NCBI GenBank assembly: GCA_964019335.1
Contig: OZ025740.1
Span: forward strand, 310,001 to 374,000
Length of the DNA: 64,000 nt
Source of the DNA: Diplonema japonicum
Taxonomy: Eukaryota; Protista; Euglenozoa: Diplonemea
Direction: 5' to 3'
The position numbers and the translations under genes are program-made. Below, in pieces: positions 42,459 to 52,519 of this stretch (positions are counted from its first letter, which is position 1; each line of letters opens with the position of its first letter). The notes under the pieces were generated by a model. That model searched no databases, was not told the origin of the DNA, and worked only from the letters and a program-made list of their open reading frames with translations.

Positions 42459-44855
42459 ATGCGTCTGCTTGCGTTGTTGTCGCTGCTGGCGACCTGTTGC
42501 GGGAAGCGGTACTTCGCCGACACAGCACTGTGGCACCAAGACCGGTCCGGGTCTGCGAAGCACCCCGACTCCGACAGGGTGATAGCGTGGATGGAGGCGG
42601 GGAACGGGTTCGGGACGGCGAACCAGTTTCGAGCGGACCTGTCGTTCCATCTGTTTGAGGTGAACGGGAGCACACCGTGGCGGGCCTTCACGAAGACGTC
42701 GGAGTTCTACGACAGGGAGTGCGACCATGCGGTGATGCCGGTTCCCGAGTTTGGGAGGATCGAGGGGGAGGCGGACTACCACTGCGCAGGGGGCGGGGAC
42801 TGCCACCTCCTCGCAGTCGACTACTCGAAGAACAAGATCTACGAGATGTGGAGGGCGGAGATCGGGAACGGGCGCTACAACGGGAACCCCTTCCACGGGG
42901 GGTGCACGTCGGTGTGGGACATGTCGGAGGCCTATGGGTGGGACGTTCCGGTGTCGGATTTTTCGAACTACGGGAGGGGGCTGGACTGCACGAGCGCGGA
43001 CGCGGCGGGGATCCCGATCACCCCGATGCTCTTCACGGCGGACGAGCTCGCGAGCGGGGTGATCGACCACGCCCTGCGCTTCGTGCTCCCGAACAAGAAC
43101 CTGCGGGCCCGAAAGTACGTGTACCCGGCGACCCACTCGACGAACCCGACGAGGGGCCCGGACTCGGCACCACCCTACGGGGCGCACCTCCGTCTGAAGT
43201 CGATGGCGGACCTGCAGGCGCGAAACCCGTCTGTCGACTTCGGGAAGCTCCCTTCGGGGGCACAGGTCATCATCACCGCCCTGCAGACGTATGGGATGTT
43301 CATGGCAGACGGGGGAAACGTCCCGCTCATCGGGCTGAGCGACCACTACACGACCGCGAAGTACTGGGACCGCGCGAACTACGCCTACGGGGACGAGGAC
43401 CCCAACAGGCTCTTCCACGAGCACGACCTGAAGTTCCTCTCCCCGGGCGACTTCGACATGCTCGACAACGGTGGGCCCGTCCGCTCCCTCGGTGACGTCG
43501 GTTGCTCCCTCCGCTTTCCCTGGTCGGAGCCCACCAACGCTCCCCCGGTTCCCCTCTCTCCTTCTCCCGACACACCTGCCCCGGCCACTCCTTCTCCTGC
43601 AACACCAGCTCCTCTGACACCTTCTCCGAACACACCTGCACCGGTCACACCTTCTCCAGACACACCTGCTCCGAACACACCAGCTCCTCTGACACCTTCT
43701 CCGAACACACCTGCACCAGTTACTCCTTTTCCTGCAACACCAGCACCTTTGACACCTTCCCCTGGTACACCTGCTCCGGAAACAGCCCTCCCTGCAACTG
43801 CACCACCGCAGACACCTTCCCCTAACACACCTGCTCCCATGACGCCTGTAACACAGCCACCTGTGACCCCAGCACCTCTGACATCTTCCCCTGACACGCC
43901 TTCTCCTGCTACCCCACAAACAACTGCTCCTGAAACAGGAGCCCCCCACACACCTGCTCCAGAAACAAGAGCACCAGACACTCTGGCTCCAGTGACTGGC
44001 CTTCCAGTTACACAGACGACAGCAATTACCCAACCACCCGTAACTGGCCTTCCAGTTACGCAGCCCGGCATCCCTGCCACACTTTCTCCAAGCACACCTA
44101 TTCCTCACAGTGTCACTTTAGCTCCGATCACTGGTCTACCAAGTGCAACTATGAACCCCTCGCCTGTAACTGCAGTACCCCTGACCCTGGCACCCTCCAC
44201 ACTGGGACCTCTTCCTGCAGGGACCACTTACTCACCTGGGACAACAGCCCTTCCTGCAACACAGGCACCTGACACGAGCTCACCTTCAACGGCAGCACCT
44301 TCCACCCTTTCCCCACTCCCTCCTGGAACCACCTATGCACCTGGGACAACAGCCCTTCCTGCAACACAGGCACCTGACACGAGCCCACCTTCCACAAGTG
44401 TGCCCAAAACATCAGAACCTTCAACCCTTGCCCCCCTGCCCCCCGGGGTAACCTATGCACCAGGGACAACGGCATCCCCCACGACACGGGCCACAGACCC
44501 TCCTCCTCCTGGGGCAACAACTGTACCTGCTGGGTCTGCCACAAAGGTGCCGAGGACGACGACAGGTTCTCCTGCTGCTGCGACAGATGCCCCGAAGACG
44601 GATTCCCCTGTTGTCGGTGGGGAGAAGACGGAGGCACCTCAGACTGAAGCTCCCGATGGTGGTGATGGGGTGGCGTGGTGGGTCATTGTCCTCATTGCGG
44701 CCTTGGTGCTGGGGTCGTGTGGTGCTTTGCTGTGGAGGCAGAGGAGGAAGAAGGAAGAGGTGACACTTACCGAGATGCTGAAGGAAGTAGATAACGATCT
44801 TAACCAGGGAGTCCAACTAACAGCTGAGCCGAGATACGCCCCTGCACAAATCTAA
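42459..44855 (+). CDS. Type I membrane surface protein: signal peptide, ~340-aa bacterial-like domain, Pro/Thr stalk, TM (798 aa)
   Basis: MRLLALLSLLATCCG signal; ADAAGIPI..DE..GVIDHALRF..YPATH..GAHLRLK..ALQTYGMFMADGG; TPAP/TPSP repeats; WWVIVLIAALVLG TM. Confidence 0.88.
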   Translation: MRLLALLSLLATCCGKRYFADTALWHQDRSGSAKHPDSDRVIAWMEAGNGFGTANQFRADLSFHLFEVNGSTPWRAFTKTSEFYDRECDHAVMPVPEFGRIEGEADYHCAGGGDCHLLAVDYSKNKIYEMWRAEIGNGRYNGNPFHGGCTSVWDMSEAYGWDVPVSDFSNYGRGLDCTSADAAGIPITPMLFTADELASGVIDHALRFVLPNKNLRARKYVYPATHSTNPTRGPDSAPPYGAHLRLKSMADLQARNPSVDFGKLPSGAQVIITALQTYGMFMADGGNVPLIGLSDHYTTAKYWDRANYAYGDEDPNRLFHEHDLKFLSPGDFDMLDNGGPVRSLGDVGCSLRFPWSEPTNAPPVPLSPSPDTPAPATPSPATPAPLTPSPNTPAPVTPSPDTPAPNTPAPLTPSPNTPAPVTPFPATPAPLTPSPGTPAPETALPATAPPQTPSPNTPAPMTPVTQPPVTPAPLTSSPDTPSPATPQTTAPETGAPHTPAPETRAPDTLAPVTGLPVTQTTAITQPPVTGLPVTQPGIPATLSPSTPIPHSVTLAPITGLPSATMNPSPVTAVPLTLAPSTLGPLPAGTTYSPGTTALPATQAPDTSSPSTAAPSTLSPLPPGTTYAPGTTALPATQAPDTSPPSTSVPKTSEPSTLAPLPPGVTYAPGTTASPTTRATDPPPPGATTVPAGSATKVPRTTTGSPAAATDAPKTDSPVVGGEKTEAPQTEAPDGGDGVAWWVIVLIAALVLGSCGALLWRQRRKKEEVTLTEMLKEVDNDLNQGVQLTAEPRYAPAQI

Positions 44856-45440
44856 GCTCTCTGCAATTTCCCATTCTTCTTTTTTTGTTTTCTTTGAGCG
44901 GAGTAATCGTACGTATTGTGTATATTTTGTGTGCTTGACATTGTTTTCTCCTTTAACAGCAAAGCAAGTGACCACCACCATCATGTCTACTGCACACACC
45001 TCCTTATCTGGAGCCTGTGTCCGATATTTCATGCACAGATCCCTATCTGGTAGGTAATATTGACTGGATGTCTCCATATGGTGGCCGTTTGCACTGCAAG
45101 AAATAGATTGGATTTCTTTTTCTTTCCCCCCTCCACCCCCCCACACCAAACGATGCTAAAGTTTGTTTCTTATACTTTTCTTTCCCCCTTGTTATTTTGT
45201 TAGTTGGTAGCAGGGAGGGCCACCCTCCACCCCCCTCTTCTTTTCTTTTCCTTTGAAAAAGAATAATTAGGAAAGAGAGAAACATTGAATATTATGATGA
45301 ACTTTTTTTTCTTTTTTTTTTCTTCTCAGTGAGCACCCCCATGCACACTGAAATTTTATCGAGTTTCTTTTTTTTTCTCATCAGCGAGCACCCCCCATGC
45401 ACACTGAAACTTATATGAATTTTCTTGCAATCCGGTGTGG

Positions 45441-45474
<34 letters not shown>

Positions 45475-46800
45475 AATATATTAGTGAACGGAACAACCTT
45501 CCAGGCATGGTACCCACACTTGACGTGCTGAAGCATTCATGGCGGCACAATTTTTGTTTATTTTGCTTTTTCTTTTTTTTCTTTTCTTGACCATTGTGGC
45601 CAAGTGTGGATAAATTCCAGGATCTTGTTTTTCTGTTTGACAACCTTGGCTAAAATACCCCTCCCTCCCTTTGAGTAAGAGGACCGGGGGCTCCGGTTGC
45701 AATTTGGGGTAGCCATAAATGTAGCCCAACTTGCAAACCGTTTTTTACCTTTTTCTTCCTACTTTCTTCGCCTTCTTTGCACTAACTCCTTTTCATTCTT
45801 CTTTTCCAGCTGCTTGGTTTATATTATGAAATGCGAAGGCGGCCCTCCCCCCTTTTGCCCTCTTCCTTCAGTTGGCTTCCTACGATACTTTGCGTTGCAT
45901 GCCACCCCCTCCCTCCATTCGTTTTTTCATTTTTACAGTTTTTCTTTTCCGTTCTCTAATTTTTTTTTTTTTTTTCCTCTTTTTATATTGGGTCGGTGAC
46001 GACCGACTCTGTGCTCTGGGGGCCGATGTTCAAGATGCAGTCGCCAAACGTGATTGCATGCATGCATCCTGTGGGGTCACATGATGGCGCCCTACCGACT
46101 GCTGGGCTGCTGTGCACGGTGGCAAGTTGGGAGAATCGAACGTACGACTGTGGGAACGGATGGTACACGTGCCGGCCACTACTAGCTGAGCGACATGGAG
46201 CTTACCGGGTCTTGTGGGAGTAGGAGCCCCGCGTGTTGTACCTGACCCTGAAGAATGCGAGGTGTATGCGAGGCAGACCAGTCCCACCCTGGCGGATGCT
46301 CACGGTGGGAAGTGCGCGTCCGATGAGGAGAGTTCTGCTCAGGCCGCTCCACTTCGCTGCATCGGTGGCCCGACCACAAATGGATACGACAGGAGGCCAT
46401 TTGCCGGAGTTGAAGACAATGCTGTGCATGGAAGCCCTGTGGGAGAGATTCTGGTCGATGACCCCCCCCCCCCCCCCCCCCCCCCCGACGAGACTGCCAT
46501 GCAGTCTGACCACAAGCCCCCAGAACGTGGACAACGGTGAGCGCTAAAACGCATACCTCAAAAGATATAGTGTTTTTTTTTTTTTTTTTTTTTTTTTTGC
46601 AAGAACGAGTCTTTGACTTGTCTAAAACAAAGGAGAACGTTGGCAACGTGTTTCGGTTGAGAAACTTCTCCAGGTTTTACCCGGCACGTACAAACAACGG
46701 CCAGTTCTTATTTTTCTTTTTTCTTTCTTACCATCACTTTTGTTCAAAAGATTAAAAACAAAAAAAAAAAAAAAAAAAAAAAAACAAAAAAGAAGTAAAT

Positions 46801-49800
46801 ATGCGTCTGCTTGCGTTGTTGTCGCTGCTGGCGACCTGTTGTGGGAAGCGGTACTTCGCCGACACAGCACTGTGGCACCAAGACCGGTCCGGGTCTGCGA
46901 AGCACCCCGACTCCGACAGGGTGATAGCGTGGATGGAGGCGGGGAACGGGTTCGGGACGGCGAACCAGTTTCGAGCGGACCTGTCGTTCCATCTGTTTGA
47001 GGTGAACGGGAGCACACCGTGGCGGGCCTTCACGAAGACGTCGGAGTTCTACGACGGGGAGTGCGACCATGCGGTGATGCCGGTTCCCGAGTTTGGGAGG
47101 ATCGAGGGGGAGGCGGACTACCACTGCGCAGGGGGCGGGGACTGCCACCTCCTCGCAGTCGACTACTCGAAGAACAAGATCTACGAGATGTGGAGGGCGG
47201 AGATCGGGAACGGGCGCTACAACGGGAACCCCTTCCACGGGGGGTGCACGTCGGTGTGGGACATGTCGGAGGCCTATGGGTGGGACGTTCCGGTGTCGGA
47301 TTTTTCGAACTACGGGAGGGGGCTGGACTGCACGAGCGCGGACGCGGCGGGGATCCCGATCACCCCGATGCTCTTCACGGCGGACGAGCTCGCGAGCGGG
47401 GTGATCGACCACGCCCTGCGCTTCGTGCTCCCGAACAAGAACCTGCGGGCCCGAAAGTACGTGTACCCGGCGACCCACTCGACGAACCCGACGAGGGGCC
47501 CGGACTCGGCACCACCCTACGGGGCGCACCTCCGTCTGAAGTCGATGGCGGACCTGCAGGCGCGAAACCCGTCTGTCGACTTCGGGAAGCTCCCTTCGGG
47601 GGCACAGGTCATCATCACCGCCCTGCAGACGTATGGGATGTTCATGGCAGACGGGGGAAACGTCCCGCTCATCGGGCTGAGCGACCACTACACGACCGCG
47701 AAGTACTGGGACCGCGCGAACTACGCCTACGGGGACGAGGACCCCAACAGGCTCTTCCACGAGCACGACCTGAAGTTCCTCTCCCCGGGCGACTTCGACA
47801 TGCTCGACAACGGTGGGCCCGTCCGCTCCCTCGGTGACGTCGGTTGCTCCCTCCGCTTTCCCTGGTCGGAGCCCACCAACGCTCCCCCGGTTCCCCTCTC
47901 TCCTTCTCCCGACACACCTGCCCCGGCCACTCCTTCTCCTGCAACACCAGCTCCTCTGACACCTTCTCCGAACACACCTGCACCGGTCACACCTTCTCCA
48001 GACACACCTGCTCCGAACACACCAGCTCCTCTGACACCTTCTCCGAACACACCTGCACCAGTTACTCCTTTTCCTGCAACACCAGCACCTTTGACACCTT
48101 CTCCTGACACTCTTTCTCCAGTCACCCCTTCTCCCGACACACCTGCCCCGGCCACTCTTTCTCCTGCAACACCAGCTCCTCTGACACTTGCCCCGGTCAC
48201 TCCTTCTCCAGACACACCTGCTCCGGCCACTCCATTTCCCTCTACCCCAACACCTCTGACACCTTCTCCGAACACTCCTGCACCGGTTACCCCTTCTCCC
48301 AACACACATGCTCCAGTCACTCCTTCTCCCGACACACCTGCCCCGGCCACACCAGTTCCTCTGACACCTTCTCCCAACACACCTGCTCCGACCACTCCAT
48401 TTCCCTCTACCCCAACACCTCTGACACCTTCTCCGAACACTCCTGCACCAGTTACTCCTTTTCCTGCTACACCAGCACCTTTGACAGCTTCCCCTGACAC
48501 TCGTGCTCCAGTCACTCCTTCTCCCGACACACCTGCCCCGGCCACACCAGTTCCTCTGACACCTTCTCCGAACACTCCTGCCCGAGTCACTCGTTCTCCC
48601 GACACATCTGCTCCGGCCACTCCTTTTCCTGCTACACCAACACCTCTGACACCTTCCCCTGACACTTCTGCTCCAGTCACCCCTTTTCCTGTAACACCAA
48701 CACCTCTATCACCTTCCCCTGACACCACTGCTCCGGTCACTCCTTCTCCCGACACTCCTTTTCCTGCTACACCAACACCTCTGACATCTTCCCCTGACAC
48801 TCCTGCTCCAGTCACCCCTTCTCCCAACACTCCTGCTCCCATCACTCCTTCTCCTGATACCCCTTTTCCTGCTACCCCAGCTCCTCTGACACCTTCCCCA
48901 GAGACACCTGCTCCTGACACGGAAGCACCCGACACACTTGTTCCGGTTACAAGTCTTCCTGTAACACAGCCACCTGTGACCCCAGCTCCGCTCACTCCTT
49001 CTCCGAAAACACCTGCCCCCAACACACCTTCCCCTGCAACTCCATCACCCGAGACACCTACTCCTCCTACTCCAGCACCCCAGACACCTGCTCCTGACAC
49101 ACCAACTCCTGCTACCCCAGCACCTCAAACACCTCCTTCCACTCCCGAACCACAGACACCTGCTCCTGACACTCCTGCCCCGGTCACTCCCTTTCCTGTT
49201 ACAGCACCTTTGACACCTTCTCCAGAGACATCTGCTCCTGACACACCTGTTCCGATTACAGGTCACCCTGCAACACAGCCACCTGTGACCCCAGCTCCGC
49301 TCACTCCTTCTCCGAAAACACCTGCCCCCGACACACCTTCCCCTGCAACTTCATCACCGCAGATGCCTTCTCCTGCAACCCCAACACCTACTCCTAGCAC
49401 CCCAGAACCACAGACACCAACTCCTGCTACTCCAGCACCCTTGACACCTTTCCCTAACACACCTTTCCCTGCACCCCAGACACCAACTCCTTATACACCG
49501 GAACCGCAGATGACACCTGCTCCTGACACACCAACTCCTGCTACCCCAGCGCCCCAGACACCTCTTTCCACTCCTGAACCACAGAAGACACCTGTTCCTG
49601 ACACCCCAGAACCACAGACACCTACTCCTTCTCCTGCTACTGCAGCTGCAACAGGAGCCCCCTACACACCTTCTCCGGTGACCCCTTCCCCAGAAACAAG
49701 CGCGCCAGACACTCTGGCACCCGTGACTGGCCTTCCAACAAGTGCAACCATGAACCCCTCACCTGTGACCCTGGCACCCTCCACACTGGGACCTCTTCCT

Positions 49801-50418
49801 GCAGGGACCACTTACTCCCCTGGGACAACAGCCCTTCCTGCAACACAGGCACCTGACACGAGCTCACCTTCATCCTCAGTTCCCAAGACAGCAACACCTT
49901 CAACCCTCGCACCACTTCCACCTGGAACCACTAACTCCCCAAGGGCAACAGCAGTCCCTACAATGCAACCTGACACGAGTGCTCCTTTGACTTCAGTTCC
50001 CAAGACAGCAACACCTTCAACACTCGCGCCCCTGTCCCCTGGAACCACCTATGCACCTGGGACAACAGCCCTTCCTGCAACACAGGCACCTGACACGAGC
50101 TCACCTTCCACAACTGCTGCTGCGACAGATGCCCCGAAGACGGATTCCCCTGTTGTCGGTGGGGAGAAGACGGAGGCACCTCAGACCGAAGCTCCCGATG
50201 GTGGTGATGGGGTGGCGTGGTGGGTCATTGTCCTCATTGCGGCCTTGGTGCTGGGGTCGTGTGGTGGTGCTACCTTGCTGTGGAAGCAGAGGGGGAGGAA
50301 GGGAGAGGTGACACTTGCCGAGATGCTGAGGGAAATAGAAGCCACGGAGCTCAGCCTGCCACGCCAAGATGGGCACCAGCTGATGGCAGGGACAGGGTAC
50401 GTCCCCACCCGTATCTAA
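46801..50418 (+). CDS. Surface protein paralog 2 (1205 aa, longest stalk)
   Basis: Head nearly identical to paralog 1 with an expanded Pro/Thr stalk. Confidence 0.88.
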   Translation: MRLLALLSLLATCCGKRYFADTALWHQDRSGSAKHPDSDRVIAWMEAGNGFGTANQFRADLSFHLFEVNGSTPWRAFTKTSEFYDGECDHAVMPVPEFGRIEGEADYHCAGGGDCHLLAVDYSKNKIYEMWRAEIGNGRYNGNPFHGGCTSVWDMSEAYGWDVPVSDFSNYGRGLDCTSADAAGIPITPMLFTADELASGVIDHALRFVLPNKNLRARKYVYPATHSTNPTRGPDSAPPYGAHLRLKSMADLQARNPSVDFGKLPSGAQVIITALQTYGMFMADGGNVPLIGLSDHYTTAKYWDRANYAYGDEDPNRLFHEHDLKFLSPGDFDMLDNGGPVRSLGDVGCSLRFPWSEPTNAPPVPLSPSPDTPAPATPSPATPAPLTPSPNTPAPVTPSPDTPAPNTPAPLTPSPNTPAPVTPFPATPAPLTPSPDTLSPVTPSPDTPAPATLSPATPAPLTLAPVTPSPDTPAPATPFPSTPTPLTPSPNTPAPVTPSPNTHAPVTPSPDTPAPATPVPLTPSPNTPAPTTPFPSTPTPLTPSPNTPAPVTPFPATPAPLTASPDTRAPVTPSPDTPAPATPVPLTPSPNTPARVTRSPDTSAPATPFPATPTPLTPSPDTSAPVTPFPVTPTPLSPSPDTTAPVTPSPDTPFPATPTPLTSSPDTPAPVTPSPNTPAPITPSPDTPFPATPAPLTPSPETPAPDTEAPDTLVPVTSLPVTQPPVTPAPLTPSPKTPAPNTPSPATPSPETPTPPTPAPQTPAPDTPTPATPAPQTPPSTPEPQTPAPDTPAPVTPFPVTAPLTPSPETSAPDTPVPITGHPATQPPVTPAPLTPSPKTPAPDTPSPATSSPQMPSPATPTPTPSTPEPQTPTPATPAPLTPFPNTPFPAPQTPTPYTPEPQMTPAPDTPTPATPAPQTPLSTPEPQKTPVPDTPEPQTPTPSPATAAATGAPYTPSPVTPSPETSAPDTLAPVTGLPTSATMNPSPVTLAPSTLGPLPAGTTYSPGTTALPATQAPDTSSPSSSVPKTATPSTLAPLPPGTTNSPRATAVPTMQPDTSAPLTSVPKTATPSTLAPLSPGTTYAPGTTALPATQAPDTSSPSTTAAATDAPKTDSPVVGGEKTEAPQTEAPDGGDGVAWWVIVLIAALVLGSCGGATLLWKQRGRKGEVTLAEMLREIEATELSLPRQDGHQLMAGTGYVPTRI

Positions 50419-51490
50419 AGTTGTTCTTATTTCCCAACCTTTCCACCCCTCCTCTGACCCTTGAGACCTGACTGAACTTAGTTTCGGGCACTTCGAGGAC
50501 ATAGAGACTTATTAAACTTTCCCGCCTCTTTACTTTTTTCGTTTTCTGTTTGGGTTGAGGGGAAAGCAAGTAAAAGAAAAGCTGTTTGTCAATTTCGAAT
50601 CTTTGTGTGATAATGTATTTGTTAAAGTTCCTTCCTCTCTTTTATAAGCAGCGATTCTATCTTGTTTTTCTTCTCTCCTTCGTCTTGCTTTTTTAGCGTA
50701 AAGAAAAGAGCCATATCTTCTTCATCTATTAGTAGTTGTTTTCTCTCTTCCACTGTTTTAATTTCTACTTTTGTTTTTTTTATAGTGAATTCTTTTTTCT
50801 TCTCGGTTCCAACTGGAAAACTCCCCCACCTTTAAAAGGGTCCACCCTTCTCCTTAAACGGAAAAAGGGAAAATAACAGAATGAAAAAGAAAAATAAGAG
50901 GTATTTCTGAGAAAACGAAAGCCTTTTAATGTTATGCATTTAATTCTTGCAAAAAAAAAAAACTTTTTTTCTTCTCCAGTTTCATTCCTTTCTGCTGTTT
51001 TGAAGACCCCTCAGGGGTTTGTTTACAAGAACAAAGCAGAGAGCCTGGACACTCTTTTTTTTTAAATTCTTTTTATGCGTATTCTTTTCCCCTTAACCTT
51101 TACCATCGAAAGAAAAAAGAAGGAAAAAAAAAAAAAAAAAAAAAGGCAAATATCGCTGTATGTTTTTTTTTTTTCCCTTCCTTTTTTTTTTGATACTGAT
51201 TCGAAAGGGATCAAAGAAGAAACAAAAAACAAAAACACCCTCTAGCCCATGTGCCGCTCCTTCCCATTGGGTAAGGAGGACGGTATCACAGCACACGGCA
51301 GCCCCAATTGGGGGGCTCCGGTTGCAGGATTTCGGGTAGCTATAAATGTAGGTACCCCCAAAACCAACAATCTATCAGAGAGGAGGCCTTCTTCCCTCTT
51401 TCTCTTTTCTATTTATTTTTCCTCCTCCCCCCAGAAAATCTAACTCCTTTTATTTCTGTAAAAAAAACAATATAAAATACGATTACTCCC
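50419..51490. repeat. Recent tandem segmental duplication, non-coding part (matches 55190-56265)
   Basis: Essentially identical apart from homopolymer lengths. Confidence 0.92.
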
Positions 51491-51618
51491 CCCTTCCCCT
51501 TCCCCTTCCCCTTCCCCTTCCCCCTTCCCCTTCCCCTTCCCCTTCCCCTTCCCCTTCCCCTTCCCCTTCCCCTTCCCCCTTCCCCTTCCCCTTCCCCTTC
51601 CCCTTCCCCCTCCCCCTC
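51488..51618. repeat. (CCCCTT)n microsatellite
   Basis: About 20 hexamers. Absent at the homologous position near 56260. Confidence 0.95.
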
Positions 51619-51792
51619 CTGCTAGACGTCACAAAACAAAAATATCTTTTTTGTTAAGACAGCAAAAGGAAAAAGAAATCCTACCTCCCTCTCCCCTTTC
51701 CTCTCTCCCTTTATATTCCGTTATGGTACAATCAAGCAAAAAAAAAAAAAAAGAAGGAAAAAAAAAGGAGATTTACACAAATACAATTAAAA

Positions 51793-52040
51793 TGAAAAGG
51801 CAACGAAAAGGCCATGCATCACTTGCCTTGGCATTGTTGTTCCTGTCTGTGACATGTGCGGGTGACAACAGCCAGTGGTTGGAGTTCAGCAAGGATGACA
51901 GCAACATGAACAGGTTAAGGTGCAGTGTGTGCCTGCGGACGATGGAAGACGTGGCGGCACACCTGCAAGCTATCAAAGAAGACCTGCACGCTGAAGTCCC
52001 TCGAGCCGCCAAGCTATGAATATCGCTACCTTCAAGGACG
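51793..52040 (+). pseudogene. Truncated, internally deleted copy of the saposin-like gene
   Basis: Matches 56538-56697 up to ATCAAAGAA, then only short patches of the downstream CDS. Confidence 0.8.
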
Positions 52041-52479
52041 ACATCCGTGGGTGTTCCTTCAGTCCTCGCGTCTCATGGCGGAGACCAGCGGAGCACCTCG
52101 TCTCTAGTCTCTACCAGACTTACAACGTTGAGTCTAGGAGTTTCCATCACCCTTCTTCGCCGGACAGTACCCTGGTCTGCCTCGTGTTCACTGTCTTAGG
52201 GTGGGGAGACTGTAGCCTTGACTGGAGCCTTCACGTTAGCTGGTGGAACGGAATGTCTCCTTCGAAATGTCCCCAAAGTGAGAAGGCGCGCTCGTACGCT
52301 ACCGCCCTGGCCCTCCCATCATGGAGAAGTGTAAGCAGCGGTGCCTCACTGCCTCGATGCTGTTCATGAACACACAAGGAGGCGTAGCAATGCACACACC
52401 CCTCCATTCGTTTTTTCAATTTTTAAAGTTTTCTGCTCCTTTGCCTTTTCTTTTTTAAAACATCACTCTTTTGTTAAAG

Positions 52480-52514
<35 letters not shown>

Positions 52515-52519
52515 AAGCG

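Noticed and set aside
45360-45390. Second hammerhead-like CTGATGAG...GAAAC on the minus strand
   Set aside because: The intervening sequence is an A run with no stem II.
42405-48309. Long antisense ORFs (567, 521, 457 aa and others) over the surface protein genes
   Set aside because: Shadows of high-GC codon usage and Pro/Thr repeats.
51488-51618. Interstitial telomere
   Set aside because: The unit is CCCCTT, not CCCTAA.
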